A DNA stretch of 64,000 bases from the NCBI RefSeq assembly GCF_022539665.2, contig NC_081331.1:7564001-7628000 (forward strand), in the 5' to 3' direction. The DNA comes from Daphnia carinata (taxonomy: Eukaryota). Shown here one piece after another: positions 25,380-36,899 of this stretch. Positions within the stretch are counted from its first letter, which is position 1, and each line of letters starts with the position of its first letter. The translations under genes and the position numbers were made by a program. The notes beneath the pieces are model-generated. The model had not been told where the DNA came from, searched no databases, and saw only the letters and a program-made list of their open reading frames with translations.

Positions 25380-25835
25380 TAGTGACGCCGGCACAAATCA
25401 TGATTTTGTTAAAAAAAACTCTGAGTACCACAACTTTGGGATATAGGGAAGTATTTTTTTCAGTTGGTATAATTAAAAAAAAAATTTCTTCAAGTAGAGT
25501 AATAAACGGCGCGTCGTTTGAAAAAAAAAACTTAATTTTAACTTGTTCCGAAGTATTTTATTTCGATTGTAGAAAACGCCGGTTTTAACATGGCGTTTAT
25601 GGGGGTTAGTTGAGTGTACCTAATGAAGTGAACGATACTTTACCGCCCTAAGTGTAACTCCTATTTTTTTTTCATGTGTGTAAAACTTGTAGAGTGTTAT
25701 TTCTCCTGATAGAGGAAAAAAGAAAAAAAATCTAGCTCTAACTGTTAAAAAGATATTTAATTTTTCCCGAGACACGTAGCGCCATAAGAATACATTGAAA
25801 AAAGAGGGGTGTACCTAATCGTTTGGTGGGTACTG
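25380..25835. mobile_element. One end of a Tc1/mariner-like element at the RT deletion
   Basis: Minus-strand TA|CAGTACCCACCAAACGATTAGGTACACC at the exact RT breakpoint; inner repeat GTGTACCTAAT near 25614; AT-rich body. Confidence 0.5.
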
Positions 25836-26292
25836 TACTTCTCCATTTTTCTTTTCTACTAAGACCAAGGGTGAAGCCCATGGGGAATGTAAATATTGAA
25901 TAACACCAGCGTCCAGCATTTCTTGAACTTTATCATCTAATAATTTCCTTTGGTTGTTTGTAACTCTGTATGGGCGTTGTCTAATGGGGCCTCGTCCCTG
26001 TGTATCAATCGTGTGTTTTATAAGGTTGGTGTTTCCTAATTCCGAATCTTTGGACGCGAACAAGTCGTGAAAGTCGGTTAGTAATTTTGAAAGCGGTGCC
26101 TGAAATTCAGGATCTACTTCTGCAATTAAAACTGGCTCAGCTTCTGCTTTAGGATTATCGTCCGATTCCGCTAAAGAAATTTTCCCGATAACATTATTAA
26201 TTATTTCAATTATGCCTAATTTAGTGTTCCTAGGAATTTTGATTTGATGTAGCGAATGATTCTCGATCAAAATTTTATAAGTTCCATCTCCC
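25836..26292 (-). pseudogene. pol: Linker and RT N-terminus of element B (rest of RT/RH deleted)
   Basis: HTIDTQGRGPIRQRPYR..SPWASPLVLVEKKNGEV, colinear with element A pol. Confidence 0.9.
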
Positions 26293-29200
26293 CCCACATA
26301 GCACAATTCGGTCCCACGGACATCCGTGGTATATCCTAGTTGGATAACGGTGACATCTTACGGACATCCGTAGAACTGCCTGACCTCCGAGTTGGATGTC
26401 CTTCAGCGACTGAATATTGGAAGACCTCCCGGGAATATGCCGATTGATATCCGAGGGACGTCCTGCTGGGCGGGAAAAGGACAAGCCGTGGACATGTATC
26501 AATTATGCAAAAATACCTTTGTTTTACCAATTAAAATAATTCCAAAATGGCAAATAACGCAAACGAAGAAAGAAGTTGAGGGTTCATGAGCACACTAATG
26601 TTCTCTAGCTGAAAGCATTCCTGACTAGAGATGGCTCTTCTAATCCTCCCCTCCCCCGCTCCCAAGAACTGAGTAATGAATTAAGTAAAACAAAAGAATT
26701 GCATTGTTACAAGAAATTTCTTTGTATTGAGAATGATGACATAAATACCACAAGATAACATTTTACTGTTTACTTCAAACGAGAAAAAAACACCAATGAA
26801 TTGCATAAAATTAAACAACCCTCGCATTATTTTTCTCTTTTCTTTGCAGTTGCGCAGTAAAGCCAGTCACCTTGGTGGCATTCAGTTCTGTTATTATTGG
26901 TTGAGTCCTTTCGCGGCCCCTATAATGAAAAATATTAGACACTATTTAAATCTATCACTTTACCCATTATACTTTTAATAGATTTACCATCATGTTTTCC
27001 GAAGTTCTGAGCAGTCTATTGTTATCACAGTTTCCATTACATTTCAATAATGGGCTGTTTGAAATGGGTGGAATGTGATTTTCAGAAGCATTTGAAATAC
27101 TTGATGACCAATGATTTCCTCTGCAGTCTATATAACAAACAAACAAACAAAATAAAAATCCAAAACATAAAAACTGTATATATAAGTTTGAATAGTATAT
27201 ACTACCATTATTCATTCTCAACCTCTTTTCCTTATTAGTACATACATTATTATTGCAACTATTTAAGGTAGAAAACCAAGTAATGAATTTGACGAACGCC
27301 CAACTGGTGTGCCTTGTAAAAAATAAACAAAATTAGCGTTAGTTTAAAATTGTAAGTGGAACTGGGAATTCTAATAGAAAAGATTTGGTAAGGTAAGGTT
27401 TTATTTTGTATATTATGTAAATTTTACTTAGTAGTTACCTATACGAGACGGCAGGGGCAAAGAAGTTGGAGGTGGGGACTCCTCTTCGGAATCGTTTAAC
27501 AAAGCACCCTGTCAACACCAAGAAACAAAATTAATTGAATTAAGCGTAAGCGAAGATCAATTGCCAAAAAAATAATTAGAAATAGTAATAGCTTTCAAGC
27601 GTCCTGAAGAACTGATTAAAACATCGTTGGCCAAAACCCCTTATCAACGCTCGCGATAAAAGAAAATTAACTAAGACAAAAACAAAGATCAATGGCCAAA
27701 AACAATAATTAAGAAATAACAGAAGCATTAGAGCGGCTGGTAAAAACAGTTAAAAAAATTGTCGGGTAAAGCCCCCTTTCGAAACCCACAAAGAAAAAAA
27801 GAAATTAGTAAGGCTTAAAAAAAGTTCAGTTTAAAAAAATGAAAAGAATTAATAAAAGTGGAGTGAAGAAACAAAGCAATTCATCACGCATGGAAAAGTA
27901 ACACACCCCATAATTTAAATAATAGTCAAATAACTCTTTCTAAAGTATTTCTAATCCTAGTCGGCCTATGTCCCGACTAAGATATTCATCTAACTGAAGG
28001 TCCACTGACCATGGCCAGACAATTGGTTTCACGACGACACTGTGAAACCAATCCCGATACCTGTGCCCATTGAGATGACAAGTCTCAATGCCCTTAAACT
28101 TATAGTAACAATGCCAGCACTCGAACCGTTGCCTATCCGTTCCGAGCCTGATACACCGTGTCTGGGATCGGCCCAGCCCTAGTTAAATGAAAAATAGACT
28201 TACGGTTTGCGCATCCGTTTTTATCCACAATAAGGGGTCTCAGCAGGAAGACTACGCAACTGGGCAGGAACGCAGCTGGGCAGGAACGCAGCGGTTCGCT
28301 GGACAGGATCGAGAGCACCACTTTTTCACAGCACTGAAAGTATTCCGTAAAGGCACAGCACACAGAGTAAGAGAAGCACTAATAGAAGCACTGTTAACGA
28401 AGAAAGTCACAAAAGCGAAATTCACTAGTTAGTTTAGTTTTTAGTTAGTTACACGAAAACGCAGACCAGACACAGCAGAAACAAGAACCTGTTCAGTGAA
28501 CAACTAAACGATGACTGGCAAAAACGCTGAACCAGCATGCGAAAATTGGAAAATCGGAACTACCATTTTTTATCATTTCAGCTCTCTTTCCCTAAACCCC
28601 GGGGAATGGTTACATCTAAAAAATCTTTTTATATAAATTGCTTCAATTATTGAAGCTTGAGTATTGAGTTTTTTTACAAGTATATAGTTTAAACATTATT
28701 GTAAGTTTTTAAAGCCCGTTTAAATAATAATTTTGAATTATTTAAAAAACAGCAAAAAAAATCTGGCAAACATTGTGTTACTAATGCTTAATCCTAAATT
28801 CCAATTCAGTTGGCGATTGTTAAAGAAACGTCTGCTCGAGTGAGACATCAGAATCAGGCAAGTTTATATTTACTGTAGTTTATTTTGGTTAATATTACAT
28901 TTTTTCTTATATTTAGATATCAGAGATCGACAATTTATACTTTAAAGGATTATTTACCACTGCTATCAGAGATATTTAGAGCGAATGTGAAAGCAGAGCT
29001 AATGTGGCACTGATGGCAAGGTGGCCGATTTAAGTCGCGGAAATCAACACTTGAAAAAAGAAGTTCCTACTAGCTATCAGAGAATGACGTCGACGACACC
29101 TACAGAAGGGTAGTTCTAGTTGGAACGAATTTGAAATTGCCTTGCATTCCACCAGATGCTGGAGGTGATTTTCAATCATTTTCGTTATTTACAAATACTT

Positions 29201-31502
29201 TTGAATTGCTACGGTTTATTGAATCCCTGTTTCATTTTCCAGATATATTATGAGTATTTCACTTGGAGTAAAAATGGTGTTCTGCTGCCTGACCGTTCTT
29301 CGACTGCCCTTCAATCTTGTCTTATTATCCAGAGTGACTTATTTCTTTCCCCTGTGAGTAATTTTGCATACCTTTTTATACCTAAGCAAATATCATTCGA
29401 CCGTATTGCACAAGTAACATATTTACGTTTAATAACCTGTGTACACACTGTCACGCCTGTGTAACGTTATTTCTCTTCTTTTAGCATAGAACGTGTTGCG
29501 GAGGATGATGAGGGAAACTACTGGTACAGCGTCCAGTCTCACACTCCACAGACAACTAGCTACTCCGTCCAAGTTTAAGGTCTGTATAATGTAACTACAT
29601 AATTATATTGCAATTGTTTCACACTGGTGTGGCAACATAACTAGCAAACATAGCCGGATCCCTTTGCGAAGGTTGTACCGCATTTGGCAAATATGTGGCA
29701 TATTCTACTGGACCGAAAAAAACATGTGCCTAATAGGTAGCTAACAAAAGAACATTGCTGACTGGAATAATTGAAATCGCAGCGAGCAGGATGGGCCTTG
29801 AAATTTTTATTTTCCTTCTAATATGGTGATTTCCACCAACCATGAGCGCTTCGGCATCAGCAGAAAAAGAAAAGAGAAAGGGTGGGGTCGTGCGTCCGTG
29901 AGCTTGTGTCGCCAGTCTGGCTAATGCCAACGGATATGACGCTCAGTGGCATCATGTCTACCATTTTTTAAAAAGCTGAATGACCTCTTTCTCTGTTTAC
30001 TATAGGCCATGTATTTTTCTTTCTCAATTTCCCACCAATTGTACCGCAGAAGGCTATTCCTGAATGTACGGTTTACTAACCCGGTATACGACGTCATCTG
30101 TTATCTGATTATATTTAATCCTGCCACACTATAGTGGCATTGTTTGAACTTTTTCACGCCAATCCGTGAAAAGCGTGATCACATCATTGATGGCTCGTTT
30201 TTTAAATTGTGCTATTTATTGTAAGGGACCGTGAAATTTTGCGGTAGATCAAGAAACGTACTTTACAACTCCATACTCTTCTCTTTATACTTCATTTTAC
30301 AACTGACAGCAATTACATTTACGATCAACGTAATGACATCAGTTAAGTAAACCGAGAGGAATAATGTCATAGATTCCATTCTATAAAGGATCAGATGGGC
30401 ATTTCATTTCAACGTCCTATCGTGCTGCTCTATATCACTTTAAATTTTTGCTCATCTATTTAGGATTATAATTATAGATCTAATGATTGTACACTTGTTT
30501 CTCTCTTGTTAACGGGTGGATGTGGTTCAATGATCGGGGGCTCGGCGGACCGCAGTTCCTGCTGCAATCGAGGAACTACTCCATCACGGTGGCAACTCAC
30601 CACTACCAACTACAAGAAGGTAGCGATTTAGACCTTACCTGCATGGCCAGCGGGCGGCCTCTGCCTACAATCACATGGAAATATCAAGTAATATTTCTTC
30701 TTCATTTCATCAGCAATTAGTATCGTAATAACCATATTCATATGATTTAAATCGATGTCATTCTATCTAAAAGGGAAAAGTGCTTAGCGCCGAAGAGTCA
30801 ATCGTTGATGTTTAGCAGAAGGTATCCAGTGTACATCGGATCGTTAGTGCCCACAGACTGGATGCCGGCTCCTACTTTAGCGAGGTAATTGTTATTGTTT
30901 ATGCTGGTAAGGATAAAAGGCCTCATTTACTTGTCTTTCTTTTTTATTTATTTATTTCAGGCGGATAACGGCGTTGATCTCCCAGCAAGTGCTTCCTTCG
31001 TTAAAACGTCTTTTAGTCGCGTGAAATTTATGCATCTTCTTATTTGACAAAAATTGATTAAGATTTGGTGAGATAAATATATCATAATGTGCAATGTGTT
31101 ACGTAATGTGTTTAACGTTTTGTCTGTCATGTTATTTGCCTTGGGCTAATTTTTAATAAAATAATTTTTTTCAACGAGAGTTCAATTTTATAAAGAACAT
31201 TTATACGTATGGTCATCCTTTACAAAGCTTTTTAATGATGAATCCAAATCTAAAAGGCTTTTCGAAAACGATTTAAAACATGGTTAATTTTTTTTAACAA
31301 CGTTTATTTCGAAAAAAGAAAATATTTGAAACTCTTCTTTGCTGTTGTAGGGACGTCCTCAGGATCTTGTTTTGGCACCTCCACCGGGCTTCAAATTCTA
31401 ATAGCCGACGGACATCCATGGAACAACCCGATATGGCACAGGATATCTAACGGATGTTCGGATCCCAGTCGGACATCCGACGGCAGAGATGTGCTATGTG
31501 GG
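26293..31502. mobile_element. Non-autonomous CACTA/EnSpm(CMC)-like DNA transposon inserted in pol of B
   Basis: 13-bp TIR CCCACATAGCACA / TGTGCTATGTGGG; 2-bp CC TSD; subterminal GGACATCC/GGATGTCC repeats at both ends. Excision restores the frame FIGNVS-GDGTYKILI. Confidence 0.88.
29243..31010 (+). pseudogene. Immunoglobulin-domain exons inside the CACTA-like element
   Basis: FTWSKNGVLL; IERVAEDDEGNYW; EGSDLDLTCMASGRPLPTITWKYQ|GKVL..LDAGSYFSE|ADNGV, joined in frame across GT-AG introns 30688-30773 and 30885-30960. One stop; the second Cys is lost. Confidence 0.8.
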
Positions 31503-31504
31503 CC

Positions 31505-31990
31505 GATACGTTTCCTATAAACTCTTCGATAAAAATACCTACTGGTAAAATGTCTGCTGGGGTAAATATAAATGCTGTATTAGGCGGGACATACGGAAAT
31601 GAACCCTTCATCTGCGCTGCAATTACCATCGACGTCTGACGAGATAACGTCGTCTTTTTGACCGTTGTAACTGCCATATTCGGTACCTCAGAGATGGCTG
31701 ATACCTGCTCATCCCTTGCTAGGTAAATACTTCTGGCTTCTCCATCAAGCCGAAATCCGTGCTTCTGGATTGCATCCCATCCCTACATCATACAAATCGA
31801 AGTCAAGCTGACTGCAGATCACCTGACCTCTAGGGGGTAACGTATTAAATAATCTCTCGTGGATAATACTTTTAGACGCGCCTGTATCAAATAATGCTTG
31901 TACCGGAATCTGAAAAATCTTCAATGGATTTCTAGGGGTCGATTCATTCGTAATAGTGGTTAATTTCGCGACTTGTCGGGGTTTTATGCG
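31505..31990 (-). pseudogene. pol: Protease and linker of element B pol
   Basis: QALFDTGASKSII at ~31862-31900; the frame runs up to the CACTA insertion point. Confidence 0.85.
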
Positions 31991-32028
31991 AGGATCGTTA
32001 TCAACTGACCCGAAGCTACAGTTGATAG

Positions 32029-33276
32029 CTACTGGTTTCCCTGATGTTGAGGGGGGCCTGGAATATTGGACCGTTGAGAGTTTCTATATTTCGGACAGTT
32101 ATTAGATTTATGCCCAATCTCGCGACAAGAATAGCAGACGGGAGGCTGAGCTTGTTCCAGAGTTTGGCGCTGAAGTTGACGACAATTGGATTGAGTGTGT
32201 CCGCGGTAACCACAAAAATTAAAAATTATTACTTGTTGATCTGATCTGTTATTACAATTGTTAGATGACCTCGGAAAAGATGGCATGCCTGGCGCAGATC
32301 TGTTTGGGAATCTAGCTGGTTGGTAAGAATTATTTGTGTTATTAGGGCGATAACTGGGAGGCCTCCAGCTTCTATCTTGATTAACGTTATTTGGCTGAAA
32401 TGATACTTGTTTCCTATAAGGAACGCCTGGTGGAGTAGAAGAACAATCTTTCCTATCCTTTTGGAGTTTTTTTACAGCCTGTGTGAGTTCGTGAAGAATA
32501 TCCTTAATCTCATCTTTCTCCGGCTTTGGATTATCCTCTTGCTTATGGCTATGGCGGACATTAGCAATGGCATTGTTTACAATTTCCTTCTGATCGATCA
32601 ACATTTGCTTAAGTTCTCTTAATTCTGAATCTTTTGCGCCAAAGGATTCGTCAATTGCCCTAACAAATTCATGCTTCTTAATGTCTGTTTCCAAGGCTTC
32701 CAGCCGAACGGCGTAAACGCGAGTTGCTGCTACGAGCTCGTGAAAATCTTTGAATTCCTTATATCTGACCTTAGCTTGCAATTTTGAATCCAATCCTTCA
32801 ATAAATTTCTGCATGAGAATAACTGCGAAAGATTTTTCCATATAACCATCAGGATATGCCTTTTTAAAAATTTCCTGTAGACGATGAGCATAGTCTGCAA
32901 TTATTTCTCCAGGTTTACGTTTAGCTTTATTGAATTTCTTAATGTATACATCAACATTTTCATCCCCGTGTAAGTGATCGAGCAAAGCCGTTTTAATGGA
33001 ACCATAGTCGTATGGATGTTTTTTAATTAAGGTTTGTATGACTGAAAAAGCTTTATCTGTTAATTTTGCACGCATCATCTGAATAATTTTTCCTTCAGAC
33101 CATCCTGCCCCATCAACTATACTCTCAAAAGATTCTAGCAAAGAGTCAAAGCGAGAAATTGGACTTCCGGAAAAAGGAGGGAGAAGTTGTAAACGTGAAA
33201 AGGTATGCTGGTTGTTCTGCAAATCGTTCAAATCATTAACTGTAGCTGCCCTGGTAGGGGAATAAGAGTAAGCCAT
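32029..33276 (-). CDS. gag: Gag (capsid plus two zinc knuckles) of element B
   Basis: LLPPFSG..; KRKPGEIIADYAHRL; knuckles FNFCGYRGHTQSNC (degenerate) and CYSCREIGHKSNNC. Confidence 0.92.
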   Translation of the reverse strand: MAYSYSPTRAATVNDLNDLQNNQHTFSRLQLLPPFSGSPISRFDSLLESFESIVDGAGWSEGKIIQMMRAKLTDKAFSVIQTLIKKHPYDYGSIKTALLDHLHGDENVDVYIKKFNKAKRKPGEIIADYAHRLQEIFKKAYPDGYMEKSFAVILMQKFIEGLDSKLQAKVRYKEFKDFHELVAATRVYAVRLEALETDIKKHEFVRAIDESFGAKDSELRELKQMLIDQKEIVNNAIANVRHSHKQEDNPKPEKDEIKDILHELTQAVKKLQKDRKDCSSTPPGVPYRKQVSFQPNNVNQDRSWRPPSYRPNNTNNSYQPARFPNRSAPGMPSFPRSSNNCNNRSDQQVIIFNFCGYRGHTQSNCRQLQRQTLEQAQPPVCYSCREIGHKSNNCPKYRNSQRSNIPGPPQHQGNQ

Positions 33277-33385
33277 ATTGTTGGTAAAAACGTTACAGGG
33301 GAGTTTGGAGCTCTGTGATGGTGAGATTGCGCGGTGCCCGGAATGCAGTTCGAAACTGGCCGGGATTCGCCAATATTGTTGTCGG

Positions 33386-34785
33386 TCAGTGGTATCGACG
33401 GTTTCTGAATCGTAGTCGTTCTGTCTGGTGCTTGTCTATCTGCTGTGATGATGTCGGACAAGTTGGGGTGATCTCCAGCTCTTCCTGGGTTTCCCGAATG
33501 GACGATAGCAACTGTTTCAATTGTTTGGCAGTCTGAGTGAGGACGTCTTTGATGATGGTCGATAGCTGCTTGTGGCACGGTCTTGCCACTCTCCGGAAGT
33601 GGGTCAATCTGTTCCCGAGGAGTATCAGTTCGGGTAACAGTGATTCCAAGCTGGTGATTGATTGTAGTTTCCTTATGAACGAGAGTAAGTATAGTATGGC
33701 CGCGAGAAGAGTCAGCTGGAAGTCCAACAAGGTTTTCTCCAGGTGGATCGAGAATTCGAATGTTTCCAGGATGACAAACTGGTATCGCCTCTCCTCCTCG
33801 CTGACTTGCGTCGTCACCTCGGCACAAAGCCGAAGAGGGTCGTGTCCTTCGCTGGTACGAGCGTCTGCAGTTCCTCTATGCTGTACGTTTGTCCTAACAG
33901 GAACGTCGTAAACTGTCTCGCATACGTCGTAAAGGACGTCGTCAACTCGGACGCTTGTTGATCCGCCTTCCGTGACGTTCGCTTTATCCGCCCGCTGGCC
34001 CTCACTTCTTGAATCGCAGCTAAGTATCTCAGGAATATCGTTGGCGTCTCCACGTCTGTCAGCAACTGCGGTTTGCCCAGGGGGCGGCTCCTCAGCACGA
34101 AATCGTTCCGTAGCCGGATCAGCTGGTCCCAAATTTTCGGGTCGTGCGACTGGAAGTCCAACACCCTCTCCTTCAGGCACTTGCTAATATCAGGGACGGA
34201 ATCGGACTCGACGGCGTCGGAAACACTTTGGATGGATTGTTCTGGATTTCGTGGTATAGGTGATGGAGACTCAAGTTGAGGTGACCGTCCATTCACTGGG
34301 CTTTTCTTTTGGAAGAAGCTTAAAAGAGTACTCGAGAGAAGACTAGCCTTTGATTCGCTTTTCGCAGGTGATTTTGGAGGAGAAAGACGAGAAAAGAACT
34401 TAGCATAAACCGATCGTGGACGTTGAGTGGCTGCAGCAGTAGATTTAGCACACGTACCAGTTGTTTTAGTGGTGGGTTTAACGAACGGAGCCACTTCCTC
34501 ATAAGCAGGATTCGACCGTAGTTTACTTAACTGAGTATTATCTGTCTGCACTTGTTTCAAAACGGGAGAAGCCGATTTATTAACAGCTTCAGTTTCTGTT
34601 TCTGACGCTTTACAGCCCTGAACTTTGTCTAACGTGGACGAAGGGCGATCGGATAGTTTCTCAAAATCAATTAACTTAGCAACCGTTTCGTCGGAAATTT
34701 GTACCACTGGCGTTAGGGGAACAAGGGGGGTGCTTACAGGCGTGCGAGGTATCATAGGTCCGCCATAAATAACATCATCCGTCAT
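33386..34785 (-). pseudogene. ORF0 or long Gag N-terminal extension of element B (frameshifted)
   Basis: ATG ~20 nt after the PBS. A 323-aa ORF (S/P-rich, then helical) continues in another frame (YQFVILETFEFSIHLEK..). Confidence 0.7.
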
Positions 34786-34803
34786 TGTGATTGAGTTCGA
34801 GAA

Positions 34804-34816
34804 ACCGCTGCCACCA
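34804..34816 (-). promoter_or_regulatory. tRNA-Leu primer-binding site
   Basis: TGGTGGCAGCGGT, complementary to the eukaryotic tRNA-Leu 3' end ACCGCTGCCACCA, begins 3 nt inside the LTR end. Confidence 0.85.
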
Positions 34817-34819
34817 TAA

Positions 34820-35546
34820 TGTAAAGCCTCTTCCGTGAGGGAAGACGGACTTTACGGAATTAAGACAAGAAAAGATATTGAACTCAGAGGCGGTTTACCC
34901 ACAATGACGTATGTGTTTATTGTAAGCTAAGACATAAGAATTAAAAAGACATGAGAACAAAAGACAAGAAGAAACATTCAAGAAACAAGTTAAAAGAGGG
35001 GACAATTTAACAGGGTCTTACCGTGAACTCACGAGTGAAAGAATGGAAGATAAACGACACAAGGCGAACCTGGAAGTCAGCTTCCACACGAGCGGTACAC
35101 AACAAGAGTTCATTTACGCGAGAATTGACAATCAACGTCCGGAATAGCTCAGGACGAGAACGAGTTTTTACTCAAAGGTTTAGTTAAGGAAACATTAAGT
35201 TAGGCACAATACTACTCAATGAAGCGAGGAAGATTGACGTAAGGCAACTACTTGGCACGGCTGCAACTACTTGTCTGATTTCCGTCAACTGCTAGATTTA
35301 TCACGAAACTTTGCATATTGCAAAAGTGGCGTGATTGGGCGGAGCTTGTGCATTCAGGCGGCAGCCAATAAAAAGATGCCGTTCGACGTGGCGTGATGTT
35401 GAGGGCGTATCGTCTGCGTGAGTCAGCTGAAGGTGTTCATTTGGGTCAGCTGCACTGCGTATATGGTGTTGCAATTGCCATGTCCAGACTTGTGTTTACT
35501 ACTGAAGCAAAAGCGAGAAAAAGTTAAAGTATTCGGCTTCGTTACA
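34820..35546 (-). repeat. 5' LTR of element B
   Basis: TGTAAAG...GTTACA, adjacent to the PBS. Confidence 0.96.
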
Positions 35547-36639
35547 GTAGCTTTGTTAACGTCAAGTGCAAAGCTTCCTGAAATTTCAGTGTTGTATGTA
35601 ATATATAATTAGGTAACCAATAGCTCCTTGAAAATGTGCGTAAGGTGGAAAACAAGACACGGAGGACGTCAAGAATCATATATAAATGCGGGAAAAATGT
35701 GACGTCTTTCCAGAGATGTAGGTGGCCCTTTCGGAATAAAAGTGAGGTTATTAGTTCCGCTTCCTCTTTAACAAAAGCCACGTCATAACTATTGAAACTT
35801 TACTCATAGATGTTCCTACGAAAGTTGTAGGCTACATTTTGGTTCTACTTAAATCATCTTTCGGTTTGGTGAAAAGCGCTCCTACCCTACAAAACCGACA
35901 GCTTCCATCGCCTGGCATAGTTATAGCTGCAGGGTTTTATTGTAAAATTATTGTTTTATTGGAATCTTTGTAACTGTGAAAAGAATTGAAAATGTGATGA
36001 AGAAATAAATGGTATTTGAATCAAGAATGAATTATAGTAGTCCTTTTTTGTCCTTTCTTCAGACGATATTTAGTTAAAGATTATAATATTGTTTCTATAA
36101 ACATTTTTTATCAAATGTTAATAATAATAAACTAGTCTTCATGTTAACATTCGTTCCCAGCACCCACCAAAAGCCCCGCGGAACTCATTATTTTTGTTCT
36201 TACCATGTAGGTCTTCATCTATGGTTTTATGGCAAATAGTATTTTTTTATTATAAAAGGTACGTATCTTAAATTATCTATACATAATATTTTTCTTATTT
36301 ATCAGTGTATTAAGGGGTACTTTAGCGAAAGCGCCCCCCCCCTGCCCCCGAGAACTCCCATGGAATACAGACATCAGTCAGGGGGTAAGGGCGATACTAG
36401 GACTGGAAACGCCACTAACAAAATGTCGAGGGCTAAAAACCAAACACTGTTTAAGCAAAATAGAACTTTTATGCATGAGCTGTATCAAGCAATAGATAGA
36501 CCATGTAATCGTGCAAAAACATTACAAATATGAATTCAAACAAAAAAGTTATGATTGAATGATTATACGAGCAATTAATAGCGCTGTTTGGATTGCGGAA
36601 AACTACATAAGCCGTACGGTACTTCTTCTCCGACATTGG

Positions 36640-36815
36640 ACATTTAGGATATTAATGAAAGACAAATAGGACCATTACCAAGATGAAATAGGACCCTTAT
36701 GAGGAAGAAATAGGACCCTCTAAAAATGTTTATAAACTAGGTCCTAATTCTCCAGGTCCTATTTCCCCAGGTCATATTTTGAGGTCCTAAATCTTCGGGT
36801 CCTATTTCTCCAGCA
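36640..36815. repeat. Cluster of AAATAGGACC / GGTCCTATTT short repeats (DNA-transposon subterminal type)
   Basis: Three or four copies in one orientation, then five in the inverted orientation. Confidence 0.6.
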
Positions 36816-36899
36816 ATAATTGAATGCTTCTGTTTAGGGCATGTAAGCTGGACAGCATTTTATGTAGACAAGGCCAGGGCCTGTAGCATTGTTCTTGGA

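Larger units (their letters stand above)
19492..35546 (-). mobile_element. Env-bearing Ty3/Gypsy element B, both LTRs present, with nested insertions and RT/RH deleted
   Basis: Two ~730-bp LTRs; GTAG at 19488-19491 and 35547-35550 (4-bp TSD); PBS; gag with zinc knuckles; PR; IN; env. Confidence 0.96.

Noticed and set aside
27900..28520. Possible LINE 5' end or LTR inside the CACTA-like element
   Set aside because: Looks like a separate insert, but I found no TSD, termini or protein motif to support it.
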